42,330 nt of DNA from a virus (Duplodnaviria; Caudoviricetes). Below the pieces are notes generated by a model. It was not told where the DNA came from, searched no databases, and saw nothing but the letters and a program-made list of their open reading frames with translations. Location: the IMG/VR virus record IMGVR_UViG_3300031787_000267, positions 1 through 42,330 of that record, one strand, 5' to 3'. Below are positions 16,021 through 25,695 of this stretch, in pieces (the first letter of the stretch is position 1; every line of letters begins with the position of its first letter). Position numbers and translations under genes: made by a program.

Positions 16021-17589
16021 TTACCCTCCGAAAACGATGGCCATCGCTACCGACTTGCCGGTAATAGATGCCCTCAAAGTTGATGTCAGTTTTGCGTCAG
16101 ACACGGTTGCATCGCCTGGCACCCCAATAGCCAACGGCGCTATCCAAACAGCTTCGACGTTGTCGGTGCCAGACGGTGGCGCACCCGTAAAAGTCAACGT
16201 CGAGCCGCTGATGCTGTAGGTGTTTTTTTGCTGATAGACGCCACCGACAAATACGCCGGTGTTGTTTATCGAGCCAGGATCTCCAGACAGCGTAAAGCCA
16301 GTCGTCGAGCCGTTGCCACTGAACCTGTTTACGAATGCGTTGGTGGTGCCTATGCCAGATGCTGTTACAAACCACTGTCCTGTTTCTGCATCTGCGACAA
16401 AGGTGGCCGACACATATTGGCTGCCAATGCTGTATGAGGGTTGGCCGTTAATGGTGTCGCTGCCAGAGCGGGCAATCGAAAGATCATTTGTGTCGCCGGT
16501 CCACTTGACGATCGCTATCTTGAAACCATCAATGACCGAACTGATCAGCGGCAGCGTAATAGTTACAGCGCCGCCGCTTGTGTTTACCCTGATCAGATCT
16601 CCATTGTCGGCCAGCACAACCGTGTAGTTGGCGCTCTTGTCGATGACAGCGTTGTAAAGACCAGCTGATGCAGAAGCCGCTGCAAGCGCTGCAAAGTTTG
16701 CCGCGCTGCTTGCCTGGGTGGTAGCCACACCGGCCTGGGTCGTTGCAATTCCTGCTTGTGTCGTTGCAGTGCTCGCGCTTGCGGCTGCGCTTGCGGCATT
16801 ACTTGCCGCATCCTGAATCGCAGCAATGTTTGTAGCGTTGGTGCTGATCGCCGCTATATTGGAGGCGACCGTGTTGACATTCGTCGAGTTGCTCGCAACG
16901 CTGTTGATGTTGGTTGAGTTGCCTGCTACTGCGTTGATGTTGGTCGCGTTGCCGGCAACTGAATTGACGTTGCTTGAGATGCCTGCAACGGTGTTCACGT
17001 TGGTGATGTTGGTGCCAACGGTGTCGACATTCGCAATCGAAGTGGCAACCGTGTTGATCTCAGACACAGCCTCGTTCAAATCGTCAGCCACCGTTGTAAT
17101 GTCGGCCAGGTTGGCCACCACGGTGTCGATGTTGTCGGCGCTGTCTGCTACACGAATAAGGTCATCGACCAGCGCGTCAGTGTCCTCGGTGCTGGTCACC
17201 GGCAGCTTGGCCGCGCGATCGATCTGCTCTTGCAGCTGCTGCATGATCATGGTCTGCCGATCGAACACGTCTTCGTGCGTCTCGGCAAAGAACGATCCTT
17301 GGTTGCGCAGGTCGGTTGCCTGCAAAATGTCGAGCTCGCGCACGATCGTGAGCGTGTGTCCGTTGGTCAGCGCACCAGCTACTAAGGTAATGCTGCCGCC
17401 GTTATAGGACCCGGCGCCCGACACGGTGTAGTCCGTAGTTAGTGCAAGTACGGTTTCGACACCGGTCGTTGGGTTTAATCGCGTGACCGTCAGGTCGCTG
17501 TCAGCGAAAATCCTGAAGGTGAAGCTAAAGGTGCTGGCGCTTCCGTTGCCGGTATGGTCGGCGCGGTTCGAGCTCGTGGAGACTGTCAT
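16021..17589 (-). CDS. Proximal tail fibre with T7 gp17-like N-terminal anchor
   Basis: GNGSASTFSFTFRIF..DL.V..DYTVSG..TIVR..L.NQG..E..FDR.TM anchor; 10-aa repeats; C-terminal Ig-like module. Confidence 0.85.
   Translation of the reverse strand: MTVSTSSNRADHTGNGSASTFSFTFRIFADSDLTVTRLNPTTGVETVLALTTDYTVSGAGSYNGGSITLVAGALTNGHTLTIVRELDILQATDLRNQGSFFAETHEDVFDRQTMIMQQLQEQIDRAAKLPVTSTEDTDALVDDLIRVADSADNIDTVVANLADITTVADDLNEAVSEINTVATSIANVDTVGTNITNVNTVAGISSNVNSVAGNATNINAVAGNSTNINSVASNSTNVNTVASNIAAISTNATNIAAIQDAASNAASAAASASTATTQAGIATTQAGVATTQASSAANFAALAAASASAGLYNAVIDKSANYTVVLADNGDLIRVNTSGGAVTITLPLISSVIDGFKIAIVKWTGDTNDLSIARSGSDTINGQPSYSIGSQYVSATFVADAETGQWFVTASGIGTTNAFVNRFSGNGSTTGFTLSGDPGSINNTGVFVGGVYQQKNTYSISGSTLTFTGAPPSGTDNVEAVWIAPLAIGVPGDATVSDAKLTSTLRASITGKSVAMAIVFGG
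16820..17130 (-). repeat. Degenerate 30-nt (10-aa) coding tandem repeats in the fibre shaft
   Basis: NITNVNTVAG / ISSNVNSVAG / NATNINAVAG / NSTNINSVAS / NSTNVNTVAS. Confidence 0.8.
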
Positions 17590-20500
17590 TTACTTTTCCT
17601 TCCGTTTACCGACCGCTGCATAAAACAGCAGCTCTGCAAAGTTGTCTGCTTCTTCCTCGCCTTCGTTCACACGCCACAGGTATTTACCTGTAGCGCTGAC
17701 CTGCGCCGTGCCTGGCACGCCGGCCAGGTAGCCAATGGTTTCCGCGGCGTTGACTGCGAACTTGCCCCATTCCACGTCGTCCTCGTCGCTTACCGCTTTG
17801 GCACCGGCCTTGACCAGCTTCGAGAGCTTTTCCAACCCACTGGCCAGCGGCGTGAATTTGTAGTCGTAGCCCGAATCAACTGATGCGATAACGTCACGCA
17901 GTAGCGGAATTGTCATCAGTGGGTACAGCAAAATTTTGCGTGCCAGCCAGGACGGGTACTCCTCTTCGTCGTCCGGGCCACGGCCCACAATCAGGTCACC
18001 CATGAATGCCGGGATGGCCACTACAAATAACGCCTTGGCAAGGAAGCGCGGCATGTCGGTGATGGACTGAACGTCGCGCCCCATGTTACGCATGCGATTG
18101 TATAAGGTACTGAAATAGCTGTAAAACATGGTCAGCGATTTCATGAGCTCGTTGTTGCGTTGGACCCCTGCCAAATCCTTCGGGCCGCCTGCACCCTGGG
18201 TCAAACGAATGGCCGCATCACCCTCTAAAATCGCTACCTCACGGCTCTTGCCCTCATCAATCGCCTTGCGGTAGGCCGCCATCCAGGTGGGCACGGTGAC
18301 CATCGTGTCGGCGATCGCAATGCCGTGGAAGGCAAAGCGCTGCGCTTGGGTCAGCAGGCTGTTTTGGCCCGTCATCTGGCGCAGCTGCGCACGGATGTCG
18401 CGGTCCAAGTTGGATGGCCGGTTGCGCATCTCGCCCGACAGCGCTCTGACTTCGTTGGTCAGCTGGACCGGGTGGCGCATAAAGCGGGCGAGCTCAATGC
18501 CCAGGTACTTGGCATCGACCTTATCAAGCGAGGCCGACAAGCCGGTAATCTGCATGATCGCCGTTGTCGCTTTGAAACCCATCACAGCTGCCACCGTGTT
18601 GGCGCGCAGACTCATCATCCAGCGCGAGAAGTCGCCCAAGCCCTGCTGGCTGCCGCCGTTGCGATCGTTCACCACCGAGCGCAGCCAAGGCAGCATTTGC
18701 TTCTCGATCGCCGGGTTCATGGTTTCTTGCAGCACCTTGCGGATCTCGGGATTGGTCAGGATCTTGTTGGCTGCCACGATCGCCTCGCGGTGCGTCAAAT
18801 CCTTGATCACGTTGGTCAGGTGCCCGGTCAGGACCAACTCGAAGTCTAGCTGCAGCGGCGCTGCGAAGCCCTCATTACGCGCTTCGGTATGACCCTTGAC
18901 CGTGGTGGCGCGCACGTAGCCTTGCTCGAACAGCTGGCCCAGGTTGCCGGACTCCTGCTTGGCGCCCTGCTCGGAGAAGCGCGGGTCATACACCAGTGGG
19001 AAATAGCCGCCCTCTAGCGTCATCACTTCCTGGCCATTGCGTCGCACGACGAAGGGACGCGCTTCGACCTTCTTGGGTGCCAGGCCGGTAACGCGCTTTT
19101 CGAGCTCGACGATCTGCGGCCACAGGCTGTTGATGTTGTTCCAGGTGTCTTGCACAAAGCGCCAGTCGGCATCTGAGAGTTTGTCGAGCGCTGCCTGCAC
19201 ATTCTCGAGCTGCCAGCCGTGGCCGCGCAGCATCTTGTTCATGTTCTCGTCGTTGCCCATGTTGAGCGCCATCGAGAGAATGTACTTGCGCGTCACGCGC
19301 CCAATGCCAGGGATCTCGTACACGTCGAGCAGCGAGCTACGCTGCTCTTTGGGCATTTGCTCCAGGGATGCCACGATCTTGGTGGTGAGCTCGCGGTGCA
19401 GGTCGTTCTCTTCCACCTGCGCTTGGGCGATCGGGTTCCATAAGTAGGTGTGCCAAGGCCCGTCGACGCGGCCATTATCGAGCCACTCGACCAGCTGCTC
19501 CATCTTGAGCAACGGCGCATCCAGCCGGCTGACTAGGTCACCTGCTTTCTCGCGCAGTGTCATAGCCGCCAGGTCAGGTGGCAGCATGCGGCGCTGGCCA
19601 TTGTTCTCAGCAGAGGCCACCAACTCGGCGATGGCGTCGGCAAACGCGATTTCCTTCTGCTTGGTCACCAGCTTGTTTTTCAGGCGCGCCAAGTGCTCGA
19701 TGTTCTTGACCGTGTCGCGCACGGCGCGCAGCTCGTCGATCGACACCTGGCGGTAGTTGACCAGGCGTGCCTCGTTCAGTAAGCGCCCATCGATCGAGGG
19801 CTCGAGCCCCTGCTGCTCTTGCTCCGTGATCCACTGCTCGAGCGACTGACGCCGGTCGATCTTAGACAATGGCACCCGGCGGAACTCGTAGCGGTCCAGG
19901 ATCGCGTCAATCTGCTCAAGGTAGGTGCCACCCGCCTTGCCCATTTGCTCGCGTGTGGTGCCCTTCTCGAACTTCTGCGCGTACTTCAGAATCGACTCGG
20001 CTTCCTCGCGGGCCTTGTTCGACTCCAGGTACATGTAGTGATTCAAGATCTCGCGCTGCTTGGCTTCTGCCGCGGTCTGGTAGTCGCCACCGGCTAATGC
20101 CTTGGCCGACTCGCGGGCTGCCCGGCGCGATGCCTGCAGATGCTTGTAGGGGTCCAGGTCGCGCAGTGCGGTCTGACCGACCAAGCCTTGCGCTGCTGCA
20201 CGGAAAGCTGACGCGGGTGGTGTCTCGATAGCCGCCCTCGCCTGGCGTCGATCGTTCGCCTGGCGCTGACGCTCGATGCGCACGAAGGGTGCTACCTCGC
20301 GCTGCTTGCGGCGCAGCGCTTTCAGCTCGACCATCAGCACGTTTTCGCGCTGCGAGTTGTGTAGCGCTGCGATTGCCTCGTCGGCAATCGTGCCGTCGGT
20401 CATCATGTCGCCGTACACCTCGCGCATGCGACGATCGACTTCAGCGTCGATGTATTCCTTGCGCGGACGCATACCGGCTAACGCTTCGATCAGGCGATCG

Positions 20501-23500
20501 CCCGATTCAAAGCCCAAGAACTCAGCAGCCGACTCCGGGTCCATGCCGCCCTGGCGCGTGTAGATGCGGCCGAAACTGCGCGGCAGGCGCTTTAGATACT
20601 CGTCGCCGTAGCGCTCGACCAGCGCTTCCTTGTTCAAGCGGATCGGCGTGCCGTCCTCGAGCTTGCCTTCGGTCAACGTCTTGAAGGCTGCGTACACCGG
20701 CGTGAGATCAGTTTCAACTTCGACCTCGGTGCGCATCTCGGCCTTGCGCTCTTTCCACCAGGTTTCGCGCTCGCGCTGTAGCTCCTTCATGAGCTTGGCT
20801 TGCAGTGCTTCTTTGCCCGACTCTATCGTGTCGACGACGCTGTTGGCATAGGCGGCAAACTCAGCCTCCGAGACTCCCATGTCGGCCGCGCTGGCAAACA
20901 GCTGCTCGACCGGCACGATGTCCTTGGCGGCGGCAATCTCTTCGTCGGTCGCGTAGATCCGGTCGAACACTTCGCGGATCTCGTTGGTGAGCTTCACATC
21001 CAGCGACTGGAAGCTCTTGTAGATCAGACCCAGCCAGGATTTGAACTTCTGGAACAGCGCTCGCAGCTCTTCGCTGGGCGCCTTGCCTTCCATCAGGTAG
21101 GCTTCATTGGACCTGGCAAAACGCTCGTGCGCTTCGACTGCTCGGTTGTACTCAGCGCTGCCTGCAGCCTTGCCGTCGAGTGTGAGCTCGGCGCGAGAAG
21201 TTAAGCCCAGGTATTTTAGAATCGCAGCGTAGTCGTCTTTGATCTGCTGCGTGGCGTCTGACCGCTCGGCCAGATCGCCCATCACTTCCAAGTAGAAGTG
21301 GCCCGTCTCGTGCAAGAACGTCGAGAGGTTTGCTTTCTCGAGCAGCGCGATGTTGAACTTGCGGTTGGCGCCGAATTGGATGAAGCCGCGCTTGTCAGAA
21401 AGTCCTTCACCCTGGCGCAGGATGTTGGTATCGCCTTGCGCGATTCTCACCTGTTGCGGGTCGAGGATGCCGTAAGACATCACGCCAGGCCGCTCTTCGA
21501 CCATAACGGAGTCATAACCGCGCTCGACCAGATAATCCATTACATCGGTCGAGTTGGCCAGCACATACGCGCTGCCTGCAATGTCGCCGTCAGCGTCGGT
21601 CCACTCCGCGTCTGGATTGTCATCCAGCATCTGCGCATCGGCGTTGTAGATTGGCAGCAGCTCTGCAGCCAATTCAGCCAGATTGGCTGGGTTCTTGATA
21701 TTGGTGTAGAGCTGCGTTACTTGCCCACCGCGTGCCGTGCCGTAGCTATCCGCCAGTGAACGATCCGGCGACACCCAGAATGGCCGATAACGATCGGCGC
21801 GCGCTACCGTATTCGCGCCGGTTCCGAAGTTCTCCATGCCGCCGTGATATACCGGCAAAGCATTGCCGGAAGCATCAGCAACAAAACCCGCGTCAAACCA
21901 GCCCTGGAACTCAGGCGTGCGGGTCTGCTCTACGCTTTGGTAGAGGACGTTTCCTTGACCAGCTGCGCGATCTCCAGGTCCTCGTTCTCCTGGTCGAACT
22001 CCTGCTGCTCCGTTTGCGGCCTGTAGTTCGGCATCGACGGCTGCGACGGCGTTTGCGATGTCGGCGTCACTGATTCCTTTTGCTCTGGCAAGTTTGGCTG
22101 CTGCGTTTGCATAGTCAGGTGCCTCGTCGTCCTCGTAGCTCTCGGTCGCCTCATCGGCGGTCTTTGCAGCATCATACAGGCGTTTTTCTGGATACCAAAG
22201 CAGTGCTTGGTAGTCCGACATTGTAAGCGCCGGATAGGTCTGTTGCAGCTCCGCTAACACACGGCTAAACACTTTTCTGATGTTGCCACGCTCCGGTGGG
22301 CCGCTTGGCGCTTCCTTCTGGCCGTCCAGGTACTTGGTCAGCGCGTTGCCAACCTTGCGCAGCTCGTCGCCATAGGACACGCGCTCGGTGCCCTTCTTGG
22401 CCTCGCCCATGATCTCGACGATCTTGGCTGCACCGACTTCGTCAAACACGCCAATTTTGGCCATCTCCAGACGGTTGGCCGGCTTTTGGCTGGCTTTCCA
22501 GATGGCCACGCCCACCGCATCCAGGTCGCCCACGGAGAGCTTGCGTTTGATGATCGCTTCGAAGGCCTTCTTGTCCGCGGGTGACAGCGCCTTGATTACG
22601 TCCTTGAGCTGGGCGCGCTTGGCTTTGATCTGTGCCTGGTTGATTTCAACCAGCGTGCCAGTCCAGCGGCCCCATGTGCGCATCAGCCAGCGGTCCATGG
22701 TGAGCTGCTCGAAGCGCCCGTACAGGTTCATGAAGAACCCGTTGCCAATCTTCGGACCCAGCGCCGCGGCGCCGTACACCATGGTGGTCAGGTTCTCGCC
22801 GCTGATCTTCTGGCCGGTGAACTTCTGCACCTCACCCGCTGGCTGCATGGTAGTCATGAACCGCTCGACTACGTCAAAGCCGTGCTTCTCGATGAGCGTG
22901 TTGTACATGCCCATGGCTTTGTTGATCGCGCCGGCCGCGGTGCCAATGCCGATGTCGGTAGGCATCTTGCCGCCGGAGGCCTTCCACTGCTCGTAGGCCA
23001 TCTCGGCCAGCTCAAAATTCTTGTCGACCTTCAAGCCGTTGGACGTGACCGCCATTGCCCACACGAAGGCAAACTTGGCTTGCGGATCCGTGGACACTTC
23101 CGGGTGAATCAACGACACCAGGCGCAGTGCCTTGGTCACCTTTTCGTTGTACCAGCCCACCGCATTGGCGTTGGTGCGCAGCGCCGTGATGCCGTCTGCC
23201 ATGGCAATGCGTACCAGGTACTCTTCGGTGCCCTGGCTAAACTCGTCCAGGTTTACGCCTGCCTCTTTAGCAGCAGTGTTGACGCGCTCTTGGATCGCGA
23301 GCTTGAAATCCCTGTTCGTTGGAAACGACTGGCTGCCCGCAAACTCAAATGCCGACTCGACATTCGCCACAGCATCGATTTCGTTCGGGACGCTGCGACC
23401 TTCCGCCTGCACCCTGACACGCTGAAACAGCTCATTAACCTGGTCGCCCAGGCCTGCCTGCTGCGTGGCCGCGTCGATCAGCTGGCGCACCTGGGCGTTG

Positions 23501-25686
23501 TCGGTGATGGTGCCCACATCGATGCCCAGCGCGTCCAGATACTGGCCCAGCTGGTTGACCGTCTCGCGCACATTGAACAGCTGCTCGTTGTAGTTGACCG
23601 CTGAGTACGTCGGCGTACCACCGCGCAGCTCTTCATCGAGCGCGTCGAAGATGTCCGACTCGGTCATGTCTCCGGTGGTGCGACCAGGGAAGTAGCCCGC
23701 CTCGATCGCGAGCTCTGCTACGCGGTCAGGCGACATACCCTGGGGCTGCAGCAGATTGCGCTGGAAGGGGCGATTGCCCACGTCCGCGTCTTGCAGCTCA
23801 CCCGATGGCAAGATGCCGCCCTGGTTGCGCACAAACTCCACCAGCGACAACCCGAAAACATCCTGGTCGCGGATCTCTTGCGCCGAGCGTAGGCGGTCTA
23901 GCAGCGGATCAATGCTGACATCAGCGCGGGTGTCGCGAGTCAGCACGTCCGGCAATGGGCGCGTCACACTCAAGCCGTACTCGTTGTGCAATGTCAGCGG
24001 ATCGACGCCTGCACGTTGCGCTAGGTTGGTGATCACCTTGGCATACTGCGTTGCCTGGGCTTCCGCTGTGACGCGCTCGGTGCCGGCAGCAATCAGTTGG
24101 CCGGTCATGTCTTCGCGGATCTGCTGCGTGACCGGCGTGTCGGCTTCGCCCACCGAAGACTGCGCCTCGGCAATGATTTCCTCTTCGCGCGCCGCCTGGT
24201 CGCGCAGGTCCTGCTCGCGCTCGCGTGCGGTGCGCTCGCCCTGGCTAAATTTGACATCGGCCGCCAGGCCTTGCAGGTCGTCTGTGGGGGCCACGACGGC
24301 AGCAAACTGATCGATAGGCACCACCACGTCGGTGCCCAGCGCCACAGCTTCGGCGTAGTTGGTCGCGCCCATGCTGCGCGCCGCTTCGATCGGGTCGCGG
24401 TTTTGTGACTGGTAGAACGTGTTGAACTGCTCAACCGGAATGAACACGTTTTGCACCGGGCCATCTTTGGTGACGCCGGCAACAAACTCCTGCACCTTCT
24501 CAGGCAGGCGGCCCATCAATTTCGGATCTTTGCCAGCTGCAGCCAAGCCGGTAATCAACTCTTCCTGGCGCTTGGCCTGGCGATAGCCTTTGACACCCAG
24601 CGCAGCGCGCACGATGGCAGCAGACACACCAGCCACGCCAGCTTCGTTCAATGCACCGTCAAATATTTCGGCGTTCTCATTGGTCAGCACGCGCCGGGTC
24701 ATATCCAGCAACAGCGCTTCAGTGACTTCCTGGGCAGACTCGATACCGGCGGCTGCACTGATGTCGGCCAAAAACCGCAGCGTGCGATTACGAATGGCCG
24801 GCGGCACGCGGTTCAAAATCTTGTCTAGGCCATAGCGCTCGGTCAGCGTGGTGATACTGCCACCGGCCAGCAAGGTAGTGTCCCTGGCCACGTCAGGTGC
24901 GATGCCAAGGGACTTCGACAGCATGCCGTCGCCCTTGTCTTTTTTAGTCTTGGTGTCGGCCGCGTCCACGCCCTGGGCAAACATGGTGGTCGCCGTGCTG
25001 GTGCCACCGGTTAGCAGGAAGGTGGCGATCTGGCCGCCCAGCTGACCCACGCCGGCAGCCACGTCCGTGTCAAACCCGCGGCGCTCTTGTGGTGGGGCGA
25101 CGATCTCGCCCAGCTTCTTGAAGTCTTCGCCGCCCTGCTTCAATACGTCGAGCGGGTCAAGCGGCACGCCCTGCACGCGCAGTGGCTCGTACCAGAACGC
25201 ATTGGCCACCTTATCGCCAAACACACGACGGATCGGCCGGTCGATGGCGCGGGCGCCCACATCCAACGTGGTGGAGATACCCGAGAGCGTGCTGCCGACC
25301 GTGCTCTTGATTACGCCTTCACCCACGATCGAGCGTGCGTAGTCCAGCGGCTTGGTCAGAATCTGCTCGAGTGTCGATAGCTCACCGATCGCGTCATGAA
25401 ACGCGCCGGCGTTGTTGGGGTCCGACAGAAACTCGGCGGTCTTAGGAGCACTGCGCACCAGGTCGCCCACGGGTGCCAAGCGCATGCGACGCTGGATCTC
25501 GAGCTCTTGCTTGTTCTTCTCAGCAAAATCAGGCGACGTGCCGGTATCGCGACTGAGCTTTAGCGAATTGGAAAACTGATCAGGATTTTGCCGGAACCCA
25601 AACTTCAAAGACTGCTCGGTGCGACGACGCTGCTCTTCAAACAGCATCTCGTTGCCGATCAGGGTATCCAGGTCGCGCTGCCCCAT
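17590..25686 (-). CDS. Giant internal virion (ejection) protein, polyvalent type, 2698 aa
   Basis: Position of the largest core protein before the fibre gene; contains HETGH, a YHG..NP..GYD..P.Q ART-like segment and a GPK..N..G..T.DRW segment. Confidence 0.85.
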   Translation of the reverse strand: MGQRDLDTLIGNEMLFEEQRRRTEQSLKFGFRQNPDQFSNSLKLSRDTGTSPDFAEKNKQELEIQRRMRLAPVGDLVRSAPKTAEFLSDPNNAGAFHDAIGELSTLEQILTKPLDYARSIVGEGVIKSTVGSTLSGISTTLDVGARAIDRPIRRVFGDKVANAFWYEPLRVQGVPLDPLDVLKQGGEDFKKLGEIVAPPQERRGFDTDVAAGVGQLGGQIATFLLTGGTSTATTMFAQGVDAADTKTKKDKGDGMLSKSLGIAPDVARDTTLLAGGSITTLTERYGLDKILNRVPPAIRNRTLRFLADISAAAGIESAQEVTEALLLDMTRRVLTNENAEIFDGALNEAGVAGVSAAIVRAALGVKGYRQAKRQEELITGLAAAGKDPKLMGRLPEKVQEFVAGVTKDGPVQNVFIPVEQFNTFYQSQNRDPIEAARSMGATNYAEAVALGTDVVVPIDQFAAVVAPTDDLQGLAADVKFSQGERTAREREQDLRDQAAREEEIIAEAQSSVGEADTPVTQQIREDMTGQLIAAGTERVTAEAQATQYAKVITNLAQRAGVDPLTLHNEYGLSVTRPLPDVLTRDTRADVSIDPLLDRLRSAQEIRDQDVFGLSLVEFVRNQGGILPSGELQDADVGNRPFQRNLLQPQGMSPDRVAELAIEAGYFPGRTTGDMTESDIFDALDEELRGGTPTYSAVNYNEQLFNVRETVNQLGQYLDALGIDVGTITDNAQVRQLIDAATQQAGLGDQVNELFQRVRVQAEGRSVPNEIDAVANVESAFEFAGSQSFPTNRDFKLAIQERVNTAAKEAGVNLDEFSQGTEEYLVRIAMADGITALRTNANAVGWYNEKVTKALRLVSLIHPEVSTDPQAKFAFVWAMAVTSNGLKVDKNFELAEMAYEQWKASGGKMPTDIGIGTAAGAINKAMGMYNTLIEKHGFDVVERFMTTMQPAGEVQKFTGQKISGENLTTMVYGAAALGPKIGNGFFMNLYGRFEQLTMDRWLMRTWGRWTGTLVEINQAQIKAKRAQLKDVIKALSPADKKAFEAIIKRKLSVGDLDAVGVAIWKASQKPANRLEMAKIGVFDEVGAAKIVEIMGEAKKGTERVSYGDELRKVGNALTKYLDGQKEAPSGPPERGNIRKVFSRVLAELQQTYPALTMSDYQALLWYPEKRLYDAAKTADEATESYEDDEAPDYANAAAKLARAKGISDADIANAVAAVDAELQAANGAAGVRPGERGPGDRAAGQGNVLYQSVEQTRTPEFQGWFDAGFVADASGNALPVYHGGMENFGTGANTVARADRYRPFWVSPDRSLADSYGTARGGQVTQLYTNIKNPANLAELAAELLPIYNADAQMLDDNPDAEWTDADGDIAGSAYVLANSTDVMDYLVERGYDSVMVEERPGVMSYGILDPQQVRIAQGDTNILRQGEGLSDKRGFIQFGANRKFNIALLEKANLSTFLHETGHFYLEVMGDLAERSDATQQIKDDYAAILKYLGLTSRAELTLDGKAAGSAEYNRAVEAHERFARSNEAYLMEGKAPSEELRALFQKFKSWLGLIYKSFQSLDVKLTNEIREVFDRIYATDEEIAAAKDIVPVEQLFASAADMGVSEAEFAAYANSVVDTIESGKEALQAKLMKELQRERETWWKERKAEMRTEVEVETDLTPVYAAFKTLTEGKLEDGTPIRLNKEALVERYGDEYLKRLPRSFGRIYTRQGGMDPESAAEFLGFESGDRLIEALAGMRPRKEYIDAEVDRRMREVYGDMMTDGTIADEAIAALHNSQRENVLMVELKALRRKQREVAPFVRIERQRQANDRRQARAAIETPPASAFRAAAQGLVGQTALRDLDPYKHLQASRRAARESAKALAGGDYQTAAEAKQREILNHYMYLESNKAREEAESILKYAQKFEKGTTREQMGKAGGTYLEQIDAILDRYEFRRVPLSKIDRRQSLEQWITEQEQQGLEPSIDGRLLNEARLVNYRQVSIDELRAVRDTVKNIEHLARLKNKLVTKQKEIAFADAIAELVASAENNGQRRMLPPDLAAMTLREKAGDLVSRLDAPLLKMEQLVEWLDNGRVDGPWHTYLWNPIAQAQVEENDLHRELTTKIVASLEQMPKEQRSSLLDVYEIPGIGRVTRKYILSMALNMGNDENMNKMLRGHGWQLENVQAALDKLSDADWRFVQDTWNNINSLWPQIVELEKRVTGLAPKKVEARPFVVRRNGQEVMTLEGGYFPLVYDPRFSEQGAKQESGNLGQLFEQGYVRATTVKGHTEARNEGFAAPLQLDFELVLTGHLTNVIKDLTHREAIVAANKILTNPEIRKVLQETMNPAIEKQMLPWLRSVVNDRNGGSQQGLGDFSRWMMSLRANTVAAVMGFKATTAIMQITGLSASLDKVDAKYLGIELARFMRHPVQLTNEVRALSGEMRNRPSNLDRDIRAQLRQMTGQNSLLTQAQRFAFHGIAIADTMVTVPTWMAAYRKAIDEGKSREVAILEGDAAIRLTQGAGGPKDLAGVQRNNELMKSLTMFYSYFSTLYNRMRNMGRDVQSITDMPRFLAKALFVVAIPAFMGDLIVGRGPDDEEEYPSWLARKILLYPLMTIPLLRDVIASVDSGYDYKFTPLASGLEKLSKLVKAGAKAVSDEDDVEWGKFAVNAAETIGYLAGVPGTAQVSATGKYLWRVNEGEEEADNFAELLFYAAVGKRKEK

Positions 25687-25695
25687 GTCCTCGTC

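Noticed and set aside
12205-17589. Diversity-generating retroelement, as in BPP-1
   Set aside because: No reverse-transcriptase ORF and no template/variable repeat pair was seen near the fibre genes.
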